A stretch of 53,808 nucleotides of DNA, from NCBI GenBank assembly GCA_031414855.1, contig JANOQK010000322.1, positions 1 to 53,808 of the forward strand, written 5' to 3'. The notes under the pieces were generated by a model. It was not told the origin of the DNA and did no database searches. It was given only the letters and a program-made list of their open reading frames with translations. The stretch is from Bacteroidia bacterium (lineage in GTDB: Bacteria; Bacteroidota; Bacteroidia; Cytophagales; Cyclobacteriaceae). This document shows positions 28,591 through 38,107 of this stretch, piece after piece (the stretch's first letter is position 1; each line of letters opens with the position of its first letter). The position numbers and the translations under genes were made by a program.

Positions 28591-29009
28591 TGCCCTCCAT
28601 TAACTTCTTATCGGAAGGAATCGATTTCAAGCCAAAAAATCAGAACAAGCTCAAAACCTGGATCAAAGGTGTATTACAATCAGAGGGAAGAGAACTGTCC
28701 TATCTGGTTTACATCTTCTGCACAGATTCCTATCTGTTATCCATTAATCAAGAGTATCTCAAGCACAAAACCCTCACTGACATCATAACCTTCGATTATT
28801 CTGAATCAAACCAGATAGATGGTGAAATCTATATCAGTATAGAGCGGGTGAGAGAAAATGCAATCAAATTTGAAAAGACCTTTGAAGAAGAACTCCATCG
28901 AGTAATGATTCACGGTGTTCTGCACATCTTAGGACTTAAGGACAAAAGCCCCGCTCAGAAATCAACCATGCGCAAAAAAGAGGAAGCTTGCCTATCTTTG
29001 TGGAAGTAA
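28590..29009 (+). CDS. ybeY: rRNA maturation endoribonuclease YbeY
   Basis: TDIITF, GEIYIS and HGVLHILG metal motif; TAATG coupling to the upstream gene. Confidence 0.93.
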   Translation: MPSINFLSEGIDFKPKNQNKLKTWIKGVLQSEGRELSYLVYIFCTDSYLLSINQEYLKHKTLTDIITFDYSESNQIDGEIYISIERVRENAIKFEKTFEEELHRVMIHGVLHILGLKDKSPAQKSTMRKKEEACLSLWK

Positions 29010-29024
29010 GTTCCACGTGAAACA
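29009..29024. other. parS site 1
   Basis: AGTTCCACGTGAAACA compared with consensus TGTTTCACGTGAAACA. Confidence 0.8.
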
Positions 29025-29058
29025 ATTCCTTTACTTAAATATCCGGTAGAGAAATTGT

Positions 29059-29074
29059 TGTTCCACGTGAAACA
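29059..29074. other. parS site 2
   Basis: TGTTCCACGTGAAACA, 50 bp from site 1. Confidence 0.85.
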
Positions 29075-29084
29075 CTAAAAATAT

Positions 29085-30947
29085 ATGTTTCAAGAGTACG
29101 ATGTAATTGTGGTTGGTGCCGGTCATGCCGGATGTGAGGCTGCGGCCGCAGCGGCTAATATGGGGTCCAAAGTTCTTTTAGTGACAATGAACATGGGAAC
29201 AATCGCTCAAATGTCTTGCAATCCCGCCATGGGTGGCGTGGCAAAAGGACAAATTGTGAGAGAGATTGATGCCCTTGGTGGATATTCTGGAATCATTTCA
29301 GATAAGTCGATGATCCAGTTTAGAATTCTGAATAGATCAAAAGGCCCCGCTATGTGGAGTCCTCGAACTCAAAATGATAGAGGTCTTTTCTCAGAAGAGT
29401 GGAGATTGGCCTTGGAAAGAACACCAAATGTTGATTTCTGGCAGGAGATGGTTTCCGGGTTAATTATTAAAGACAAAAGGGTAGTGGGAGTTAGAACAGC
29501 TCTTGGCATTGAGATTCTTGGAAAATCTGTTGTGCTGACCAATGGCACTTTCTTGAATGGTAAAATTCATATAGGCGAGAAGAATTTTGGTGGTGGAAGG
29601 GCTGCTGAGAAATCAGCCACCGGAATAACAGAACATTTAATTGAACTAGGATTTGAGTCGGGGCGAATGAAAACTGGTACCCCACCGCGGGTTGATGGCC
29701 GTTCACTCGATTACTCGAAAATGGAAGAACAGCTAGGGGATGAAAATCCTGGCACCTTTTCGTTCACCGATACAGAACCACTGAAAAAACAACTTAGCTG
29801 CTGGATCACTTATACCAACGAAACGGTACATCATGAACTTGAAAAGGGGTTTGATAAATCTCCTATGTTTCAAGGAAGGATAAAGGGCCTTGGTCCTAGA
29901 TACTGCCCATCTATTGAAGATAAGATCAATCGGTTCGCAGAAAGAGATCGTCATCAAATCTTCGTTGAACCGGAAGGCTGGAATACCGTGGAGATTTATG
30001 TGAATGGATTTTCCACCTCTCTTCCTGAGGACATTCAATATAAGGCCCTCACAAAAATTCCTGGATTTGAAAAGGCAAAAATGTTCAGACCTGGTTATGC
30101 AATTGAGTATGACTACTTTCCTCCAACTCAACTAAAAATGACTTTGGAGACACAACTAATTGATAATCTGTACTTTGCTGGTCAAATTAATGGTACAACT
30201 GGATACGAAGAGGCCGCCTGTCAAGGCTTAATGGCAGGAATAAACGCTCACTTAAAAGTAAAGGAACAGGAGCCGTTGGTACTGAAAAGATCAGAAGCAT
30301 ATATAGGAGTACTTATAGATGACCTTGTGAACAAAGGCACTCAGGAACCATACAGAATGTTTACCTCCAGGGCAGAGTACAGAATTCTTTTAAGACAAGA
30401 CAATGCAGACATACGACTGACTGAAACTGGTTACAAAATTGGATTAGCCAAAGAGGATCGGTTAGAAAAAGTGCTAACGAAGAAAAACAATCTTTCTAAG
30501 CTGATTGATGAGCTAAAGACTTTAAAAGTCAATCCTGAACAAATAAATACCGAGCTAGGCGAGATCAATACATCCGCAATACGAGAAAGAGTATCGGCAG
30601 CTTCCCTATTGAAACGACCACAAATAGGAATACGTGAGTTGAGAAAACTCCATAATGACATTGATCGTGATCTTTCAAAATATAACAACGAAGTTCTTGA
30701 ACAAGCTGATATTCTAATCAAGTATGAAAGCTATATCGACCGGGAACAAAAACTAGCTCAAAAAATTGAGAGCCTGGAGAACTATAAAATATGGGAAGAC
30801 TTTGATTACGATCGTGTGAAGGCGCTATCATCAGAAGCGCGCGAAAAATTAAAAAGAATTCGGCCTGAAACCATCGGCCAGGTTTCACGCATAAGTGGTG
30901 TGTCTCCAGCTGATGTCTCTGTACTTACTGTCTACCTAGGAAAATAA
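29085..30947 (+). CDS. mnmG: tRNA uridine-5-carboxymethylaminomethyl modification enzyme MnmG/GidA
   Basis: GAGHAGCEAA, MSCNPAMGG, GPRYCPSIEDK, GQINGTTGYEEAA and EPYRMFTSRAEYR motifs. Confidence 0.98.
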   Translation: MFQEYDVIVVGAGHAGCEAAAAAANMGSKVLLVTMNMGTIAQMSCNPAMGGVAKGQIVREIDALGGYSGIISDKSMIQFRILNRSKGPAMWSPRTQNDRGLFSEEWRLALERTPNVDFWQEMVSGLIIKDKRVVGVRTALGIEILGKSVVLTNGTFLNGKIHIGEKNFGGGRAAEKSATGITEHLIELGFESGRMKTGTPPRVDGRSLDYSKMEEQLGDENPGTFSFTDTEPLKKQLSCWITYTNETVHHELEKGFDKSPMFQGRIKGLGPRYCPSIEDKINRFAERDRHQIFVEPEGWNTVEIYVNGFSTSLPEDIQYKALTKIPGFEKAKMFRPGYAIEYDYFPPTQLKMTLETQLIDNLYFAGQINGTTGYEEAACQGLMAGINAHLKVKEQEPLVLKRSEAYIGVLIDDLVNKGTQEPYRMFTSRAEYRILLRQDNADIRLTETGYKIGLAKEDRLEKVLTKKNNLSKLIDELKTLKVNPEQINTELGEINTSAIRERVSAASLLKRPQIGIRELRKLHNDIDRDLSKYNNEVLEQADILIKYESYIDREQKLAQKIESLENYKIWEDFDYDRVKALSSEAREKLKRIRPETIGQVSRISGVSPADVSVLTVYLGK

Positions 30948-30952
30948 ACTTC

Positions 30953-31843
30953 ATGGCGCTGGAATCTGTCAACACCTGTCCCATATGTAACGGGACCTCT
31001 TTCGAACCATTTGAACAATGTACCGATTTCACTACATCGCAAGAAGAATTTTCAATTGTTAAGTGTAAGTCCTGCCAATTATTAATCACGAGCCCAAGAC
31101 CGGATGCTAATTCCATCGGAAAATATTATCAATCGGATAGTTACATCTCACATACAAATAGCTCGAAAAAACTAATTGACAAATTATACAAAATCGTACG
31201 CTCCTTTACATTACGGTGGAAACTTAATCTGGTTGGCACTCACAAACCAACAGGAAAAATTCTCGATTACGGCTGTGGTACTGGAGAATTCCTGGCCACT
31301 TGCAAAAAAGCGAATTGGGATTGTTGTGGAGTAGAGCCATCTTCTACGGCAAGAGGACAAGCAACGCAATTAACTAACCTCCCCATTACTCAATCGCTAC
31401 AGGAAATTGGCCAACAAAAGTTTGACGTCATTACGTTATGGCACGTACTGGAACACGTTGAAAACTTGACAGAAAAACTTTCTGAATTAAAAAGCTTTCT
31501 GAAAGAAGATGGCATTATTTTTATAGCGGTACCTAATCATGAAAGTTTGGATGCCAAAATCTATAAATCACATTGGGCGGGTTATGATGTTCCTCGACAT
31601 CTATGGCACTTCTCGCAAGAAAACATCAAAAAGTTATTGGAGTCGCATCAGCTTAAATTGATGAAGAACATACCAATGATTCAAGATTCATTTTATGTAT
31701 CACTACTCAGTGAAAAATACCTTCATCCAAAAAGTAATATATTACTAAATCTCGGAAGAGGATTTATAACAGGACTTCGATCAAATCTAGCCGCTAGAAG
31801 AAATCAAAGTTATTCAAGCGTTGTTTATATTGCCCGGCCATGA
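30953..31843 (+). CDS. Class I SAM-dependent methyltransferase with N-terminal Zn ribbon
   Basis: CPIC..CKSC, ILDYGCGTG, WHVLEH and YDVPRHLWHF motifs. Confidence 0.9.
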   Translation: MALESVNTCPICNGTSFEPFEQCTDFTTSQEEFSIVKCKSCQLLITSPRPDANSIGKYYQSDSYISHTNSSKKLIDKLYKIVRSFTLRWKLNLVGTHKPTGKILDYGCGTGEFLATCKKANWDCCGVEPSSTARGQATQLTNLPITQSLQEIGQQKFDVITLWHVLEHVENLTEKLSELKSFLKEDGIIFIAVPNHESLDAKIYKSHWAGYDVPRHLWHFSQENIKKLLESHQLKLMKNIPMIQDSFYVSLLSEKYLHPKSNILLNLGRGFITGLRSNLAARRNQSYSSVVYIARP

Positions 31844-33627
31844 AGAAAATAGCCTGCCTATTTCTAATTCTCTCTACAAGTATAATTCTTTGGAAGTGCG
31901 CTAGCCAGACGACTCCAACAGGTGGACCAAAAGACATAAAACCACCAACGCTCAAAAATTCCACTCCATCAGACAACCAAACTAACTTTAGGGGAAGGGC
32001 AATAGAATTAACTTTTGACGAACTGCTTCAGTTGAACAATCCAAAGGAAGAAATTATCATTACGCCCACGCCAGGAAAAGAAGTCAATTATACCCTAAAA
32101 CAAAATAGAGTTTTGATTGAACCAAAGGCTGGGTGGCTGGATAGCACCACCTATAGCATTACTTTTAGAGAAGGCATTAAAGATTTGAACGAAGGTAACT
32201 CAGTGGAAAATTTACATTTAGCATTCAGCACCGGGCCCACGATAGACTCATTGCAAATCTCAGGTAAAATCTTGGAATCTCTCAAAGATAAAATACCAGA
32301 AAATATCACTGTAGCGCTCTACCAAGAAGACACATTTGATATCTTTAAACACAGCCCGTCATTCTTTGCAAAAACAAAAGCGGATGGAAGTTTCAAGATT
32401 GAAAATCTCAAAGAAGGAAAATATTTTATATACGCTTTTGACGATAAGAACAAAAATTTAAGGGTTGAAAGTAAAAATGAAAAGTATGGCTTCTTACCGG
32501 AATCAATACAACCTATTTATTCTACAACAAAAAAGAACTCTGACACATTAAGTATAGCTGTTTATCAGATAGACTCAAGGCCTTTAAAAATAAGCAGCAT
32601 CAGAAACACAGGTACAATCACACAAATAAGGCTAAACAAAGAAATTATTACTTACAAAATTATTAATCCGCAAAAAGCTAAAATCAATCATTCCTTTGGG
32701 CCAAATCAATCAGAGATATTGATCTACAATGAACTAGAAATCAACGACAGTATCCCTTTGACTATTCAAGGTTCTGATAGCCTTGACCTTAAAATGGATA
32801 GTACATTTTTTATTAAAAGAACTGAGTCAAAACTCCCCAAAGAAAAATTCAGTCTTAACATTCTCTCAGCATCGATTAACCCCGAAACGCTGCAAGTAGA
32901 AGTGAAGGCAAAATTTTCGAAACCAATTGAACAAATAAATTTTGACAGCATCTATTTTACACCTGATCCGGTACCAGAAAGAGCCAAAAAGATTAAAACC
33001 TCAGATCGCAGTGCAGATCTTTTCAAAAAGGAAATCCTAAAGCCAGAAAAGTCACAACGAAGAAGAGACTCTCTAACTGAAAATGAAAGGAAGGATACCA
33101 CCTCGGTAAAAAAAATTACTAAAGTTCAAGTATATCCTAAAGAAATTGAAATAGACTCAATCAAAAAGTTATTAACGGTTTCGACTAAAATCAGCAAAAC
33201 ACTTGTAACAGAGAAAGTCAAACAAATAAACCTTGCCTTAGAACAATCATTCATAGTTACCATAGAAAAAGATTCGTCAAAACGCGAGATTAAATCAATA
33301 CCAATTGTCGACACAGAGACCACCGGCATGTTACATATAGAAGTAATCACAAAATTCCAGAACTATGAAATCTGGCTTCTATCTACAAACGGAGACTTAA
33401 TCCAAAAAGTAAGAAATGTCAGAAAATACACATTCAGATTTCTGGCTGCTCAAGAGTATAAATTAATGTTCTACGCAGACTTGAATAACAATGGCTCTTG
33501 GGATAGCCACAATATCTACGAACGAAAAGCGCAAGAACCTAGCTTCTTTTACAAAACTCAAGATGGGAAATTCACATTCCCAATTCGGTCTGCTTGGGAG
33601 CTTGGACCTCTTACGTTAAAGTTCTGA
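31840..33627 (+). CDS. Ig-like (Big_5) domain lipoprotein
   Basis: Lipoprotein signal ending in C, then ASQTTPTGGPKD..PP; YAFDDKNKN and DLNNNGSWD motifs. Confidence 0.85.
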   Translation: MKKIACLFLILSTSIILWKCASQTTPTGGPKDIKPPTLKNSTPSDNQTNFRGRAIELTFDELLQLNNPKEEIIITPTPGKEVNYTLKQNRVLIEPKAGWLDSTTYSITFREGIKDLNEGNSVENLHLAFSTGPTIDSLQISGKILESLKDKIPENITVALYQEDTFDIFKHSPSFFAKTKADGSFKIENLKEGKYFIYAFDDKNKNLRVESKNEKYGFLPESIQPIYSTTKKNSDTLSIAVYQIDSRPLKISSIRNTGTITQIRLNKEIITYKIINPQKAKINHSFGPNQSEILIYNELEINDSIPLTIQGSDSLDLKMDSTFFIKRTESKLPKEKFSLNILSASINPETLQVEVKAKFSKPIEQINFDSIYFTPDPVPERAKKIKTSDRSADLFKKEILKPEKSQRRRDSLTENERKDTTSVKKITKVQVYPKEIEIDSIKKLLTVSTKISKTLVTEKVKQINLALEQSFIVTIEKDSSKREIKSIPIVDTETTGMLHIEVITKFQNYEIWLLSTNGDLIQKVRNVRKYTFRFLAAQEYKLMFYADLNNNGSWDSHNIYERKAQEPSFFYKTQDGKFTFPIRSAWELGPLTLKF

Positions 33628-33920
33628 ACAACTTGTGGAATAATCATAATTCGTTGGTGACAACTAAGTAATAATAGTAGTTTAGCTGAGAAGCACAATT
33701 CATTTGTTTACAAACTTCCCGTTGACCACATTCTATAACAAACCGATTAATCAAGAAAGGAAGAAAGTATTCAAATGTGGAATTGTTGACTAACTTTAAT
33801 ATTGTAACCTGGCATTACAAAACAGCACTATTCTATACATAATAAAACGAACAAACGGATAACAGACGAATCGAACCAAGACTTATCCACAAATGAACAT
33901 CCTTTATTACTCCTACAAAA
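33628..33920. other. Probable chromosomal replication origin (oriC)
   Basis: AT-rich intergenic region with degenerate DnaA boxes, a perfect TTATCCACA at 33883-33891, then AATGAACA, a short spacer and TAT-TAC-TCC-TAC trios; near mnmG and parS. Confidence 0.75.
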
Positions 33921-35785
33921 TTCTAAAACTTTATAGAAATACATTAACATGTGCACTGTTATCTGTGATGATGACTAATAGCACTGCTTGGTCGCAGGAT
34001 CAGGCCGAAATTCAAATAGCAAATGAGTATTTTATAAAAGGTGAAAAAGATAAGGCTTTGGCCGCGTTTCAGTCCTTAGCCAAGAGGCAGGAAAACCTGC
34101 CTTTAATTCACAATAATTATTTGAATCTGCTTTTGGATCTAGGGCGTAATAAGGAGGCTGAAGATTATGTAGAGCGTCAAATCAAAAGGGATCCAAATAA
34201 TCTTAACTATCGTCTTGATCTTGGTTTTGTTTTGATTCGTTCCGGTGATCTTCAAAAAGGAGATAAGCAATTAAAAAATCTAATCAAAGCGAACAGTGAG
34301 GACATTTATCGCATAAAATCCATGGCGGATTATCTGGCAGCGCACAACCTTGTTGAGTACGCAACGGCAGCATTAATTCAAGTCAGAGAGGTCCACAACA
34401 ATCCCACTTTGTTTACTCTTGAGCTTGCAAACTTTTATCGCATCCAAGGAAAACGCGATGAAATGGTGGAAGAATACCTCAACTACGTCACGCAAGTGCC
34501 CACGAATATCACCTACATTAAAAATCTCTTGCAGGTTTTGTTAAGCAAGCCCGATGAATTGGAAAGTCTGGAAAAACACTTATACGAAAAGGTACAGAAG
34601 AATCCTGAGTCTGAAGTTTTTGCTGATCTGCTGATTTGGGTAAACCTTCAGCAAAAGAATTTTTATGGAGCGTATATTCAATCGCGCGCTTATGATAAGA
34701 GGTTTAAAAAAGAAAACTCCAAGACCCTGGAAATAGCGCAAGTTGCTTTGAGTAATCAGGACTATGAAAATGCAGACCGAAGCTTTTCCTATGTTATAAA
34801 AGAATTTTCGAATACAGATAATTATTTACCGGCACGACTTGGTTTGATACGCGCCAGGGAAGCCAAAGTCAAACGCAGTTTTCCGGTCAATAAAGACTCA
34901 GTCCATTATCTCATAAAGGAATACCAAAATTTTATTGCCGCCTATCCAGAAAATGTAAATGCACATGAGGCGCTGTTAAATGAAGCGTCCTTATATGCTT
35001 ATTATCTGGATCAAAAGGATTCTGCAATACTGAAACTGAACGAACTCATCGTCAATCCAAAAGTGGCAATGAATTTGAAATCAAAATCAAAACTTGAACT
35101 GGGTGACATTTATTTGTTGGAAGAAGAACCTTGGGAATCAACATTGCTTTATTCGCAAGTAGAAAAGATGCAACGAGAAACCACAGTAGGGTATGATGCA
35201 AAGCTCCGCAACGCTAAACTAGCTTATTATAAAGGGGATTTTAAACTGGCCCAAGAACACCTCGATATTTTAAAGCAGGCTACTACACGTGAGATTGCCA
35301 ATGATGCCATGGATTTGAGCATGCGAATCAAAGAAAATACAATGACAGACACAACAGGAGCCGCGCTGAAGGAATATGCGTCAATTGAATTATTGTTGTA
35401 TCAAAACAAAACAGATGAGGCATTGAAAAGAATGGAGCTGCTCAGAAATGGAAATGTAGGTGGACAAACCATATCAGTAACAGAAATTTTGGACGATGTG
35501 TATTGGCTGGAAGCAAACCTGCGCCTGAAGCAAGGAGAGTTTACCGAGTCGGTTCAGTTGCTTCAAAAAATTTTAAACAAATATGCCGAAGACATTTTAT
35601 CAGATGATGCCTATTTCTTGCAAGGTGAAATTTATGAAAGGCATCTCAAGAATAAAGACAAAGCAATGGAAATTTACCGCGAGTTTCTTAACAAATATCC
35701 AGGAAGTGTTTACGCAGCTGAGGCGCGAAAGAGATATAGAAACATGCGAGGCGATTTCGCGGATCAAAAAACGATTGCCAACTAA
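33893..35785 (+). CDS. Exported tetratricopeptide repeat protein
   Basis: 630 aa of TPR-like helical repeats, signal peptide AWS|Q, C-terminal YPGSVYAAEARKRYR. Confidence 0.88.
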   Translation: MNILYYSYKILKLYRNTLTCALLSVMMTNSTAWSQDQAEIQIANEYFIKGEKDKALAAFQSLAKRQENLPLIHNNYLNLLLDLGRNKEAEDYVERQIKRDPNNLNYRLDLGFVLIRSGDLQKGDKQLKNLIKANSEDIYRIKSMADYLAAHNLVEYATAALIQVREVHNNPTLFTLELANFYRIQGKRDEMVEEYLNYVTQVPTNITYIKNLLQVLLSKPDELESLEKHLYEKVQKNPESEVFADLLIWVNLQQKNFYGAYIQSRAYDKRFKKENSKTLEIAQVALSNQDYENADRSFSYVIKEFSNTDNYLPARLGLIRAREAKVKRSFPVNKDSVHYLIKEYQNFIAAYPENVNAHEALLNEASLYAYYLDQKDSAILKLNELIVNPKVAMNLKSKSKLELGDIYLLEEEPWESTLLYSQVEKMQRETTVGYDAKLRNAKLAYYKGDFKLAQEHLDILKQATTREIANDAMDLSMRIKENTMTDTTGAALKEYASIELLLYQNKTDEALKRMELLRNGNVGGQTISVTEILDDVYWLEANLRLKQGEFTESVQLLQKILNKYAEDILSDDAYFLQGEIYERHLKNKDKAMEIYREFLNKYPGSVYAAEARKRYRNMRGDFADQKTIAN

Positions 35786-36252
35786 ATCAAGGCTATAACT
35801 TCATCTCCCGTCTTGATTTCACCACCCGAAACTATTTTTGTCGTTATTCCACCGTGCCCACGCATGGCATTGTAACCACCTGAGCCCAAAGCTTCCTCCA
35901 TTCTTGAGCACGGATGACACTCTCCGGTGTATTCTAAAATAACATCACCAATTCGAATTTTCTTTCCTTTGAGTGAGAGCAGATTTATTCCTTCCACCAA
36001 AATGTTTCTACGTGTAAGTGTAAAGTCAAGATGATCTTTGCCAAGAAAGGAAGCCACCGCATCAATGTGCTCTTTTTGAATTAGTGTTACCTGTCGATTG
36101 CCGCCTTTGCTTCGATCTCCCTCCAACCCCTTCTTTTCAATGGCTTTTATGACATCAACAATTTGCACGGGCTCCATTCGCTGAGGTCGTATTGAAATAG
36201 CCACGACTTTTCCGGGCTTCGAGTACACCAACATCAGCTGTTGAATTTCCAT
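35782..36252 (-). CDS. MOSC domain protein
   Basis: GLEGDR, RQVTLI, RRNILV, CHPCSRME and RGHGGIT motifs. Confidence 0.9.
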   Translation of the reverse strand: MEIQQLMLVYSKPGKVVAISIRPQRMEPVQIVDVIKAIEKKGLEGDRSKGGNRQVTLIQKEHIDAVASFLGKDHLDFTLTRRNILVEGINLLSLKGKKIRIGDVILEYTGECHPCSRMEEALGSGGYNAMRGHGGITTKIVSGGEIKTGDEVIALI

Positions 36253-36314
36253 TTCGCAGTCTATTATTTTACGAAGATAAAAAGATCATTAACTTTCCTA
36301 TTAAACAAAGACCA

Positions 36315-37637
36315 ATGAACAAATTTCTAATTTTTTTGCTGCTCATTTCCGCCCCTGTGTTTTCACAAACCAAAGCGTTGGTGGGCGGAACATTGATTGA
36401 TGGCTTTGGCGGAAAACCATTACTAAACTCCGTCATCATCATAGAGGGGGAACGTATCAAGGCAATAGGTATGGTTGGTCAACTCGAAATCCCTAAAGGC
36501 GCGGAAGTGGTTTCAACAGAAGGCATGAGTGTAATGCCAGGTCTTTGGGATATGCATGTTCATTTAATGATCAATGGTCATAGTGATTATACACATTGGG
36601 ATAAGACATATTTAAAGCTTGCAGGAAATGTAATCATGCCCTCATCAGCTCATCAGCTTTTGATGGCCGGAGTAACAAGTGCCCGTGATCTGGGTGGACC
36701 TCTAGAGCCAAGTTTATCCGTACGCGATAGAATCAACAAAGGCGAAATTCCAGGACCGACCATGTATATGTCGGGACCATTTATACAACATGAGCCTTAT
36801 CCCGGCACATCAGATTTCAGATGGGGAATAAAAGGTGAAGTGGAAGCTAGGGCGAAAGTAAAACAGCTGGCCAAAGCAGGTGTAAACTGCATCAAGTTGA
36901 TCGATCAGGATCAGATGACAGAAGCTGAATACTTGGCGGTAGTAGACGAAGCACATAAAAATAATTTGAAAGTTGTAGCTCACTCTCATCGACCGGATGA
37001 AATTCGAAGGGGTATGAAAGCAGGGGTAGATAACTTTGAACATACCGGTTTGGCGGCAGCCCCTGAATATCCTGAAGACATTATGGCGATGATAAAAGAG
37101 CGCACCGCCAAAATGAGTTTAGGTCCATTGTTTTGGACGCCCACTGTGGAAGGATTGTTTAACTATGAATACATGCGCGATAATCCAGAAGCATTGGATA
37201 ATACATCCTGGCATTTGGGTCTTCCTGATTCCATTATTGCCGACATAAAACAATCCATCCGGTACCCAGGCCGACTTAGTTATTTTGGATTGAACCCTAT
37301 ACGCAAGCCTACTTTAGAAAAGAAAATCAAGCAGTTAAAAGACGCGGGTGTGGTGCTATTGATCGGAACAGATAGCGGTATACCCATGAAGTTTCATAGT
37401 CAAAGTACCTGGAATGAGTTAGACGTGTGGGTAAATAAGTTTGGTATCGACCCAATGTACACGATACGCGCAGCTACCTATTGGCCTTCAGTTATGATGG
37501 GTGTTGATAAGGATTTTGGTACGGTGAGTGAAGGTAAATATGCCGATATTATTGCCGTGAAGGGAGATGTACTTAGGCATATTGATTTGTTGCAAGATGT
37601 TAAGTTGGTGGTGAAAAAGGGGAAGCGGTATAAATAG
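36315..37637 (+). CDS. Secreted metal-dependent amidohydrolase family protein
   Basis: Signal peptide; PGLWDMHVH, VAHSH, FEH, GTDSG and GKYADIIAV motifs. Confidence 0.9.
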   Translation: MNKFLIFLLLISAPVFSQTKALVGGTLIDGFGGKPLLNSVIIIEGERIKAIGMVGQLEIPKGAEVVSTEGMSVMPGLWDMHVHLMINGHSDYTHWDKTYLKLAGNVIMPSSAHQLLMAGVTSARDLGGPLEPSLSVRDRINKGEIPGPTMYMSGPFIQHEPYPGTSDFRWGIKGEVEARAKVKQLAKAGVNCIKLIDQDQMTEAEYLAVVDEAHKNNLKVVAHSHRPDEIRRGMKAGVDNFEHTGLAAAPEYPEDIMAMIKERTAKMSLGPLFWTPTVEGLFNYEYMRDNPEALDNTSWHLGLPDSIIADIKQSIRYPGRLSYFGLNPIRKPTLEKKIKQLKDAGVVLLIGTDSGIPMKFHSQSTWNELDVWVNKFGIDPMYTIRAATYWPSVMMGVDKDFGTVSEGKYADIIAVKGDVLRHIDLLQDVKLVVKKGKRYK

Positions 37638-37727
37638 ATATCGTTTAAAATATGTGAACAATCTAGAAAAACTAAATCTGGCCAAACATAAGTAGCTTGA
37701 AAGTCTGGCGCTAAAAAAAGACAATGA

Positions 37728-37994
37728 AGATCAGGTAGGCACGCTGATGATCTTCTTTTTTCTCGGAAACGACTAGTAAAAATTAAAGATGAAGGCCAGG
37801 GCTTTGATGATGCAGACAAGAAGGTCATCTTCAAAAAATTTCAACGACTAAGCGCCAGGCATATTGGACCAGAAAGCTCTACAGTGCTCGGGCCCTACCT
37901 CATTAAAATACAAGTGGATTCATTGCATGGTAAAATATCACTTGAAAGTAGTGAGAAGAATCAACCTTTACCGTTTCGTTCACCGATGTTTTAA
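37728..37994 (+). pseudogene. Decayed histidine-kinase HATPase_c fragment
   Basis: No start codon; VKIKDEGQGF..IFKKFQRLSAR..ESSTVLGP..HGKISLES, with STFTVSF in a shifted frame. Confidence 0.75.
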
Positions 37995-38107
37995 TGAACA
38001 AAGGGCCTAGCACAAGGTTGATAAAACTTTCCGCATTTCTGGATTCTCCATTTGCTACCGAAATGTTCTTGCCCTAAATTGGAAGGTTTAAATCAGGAAT
38101 TCTAATA

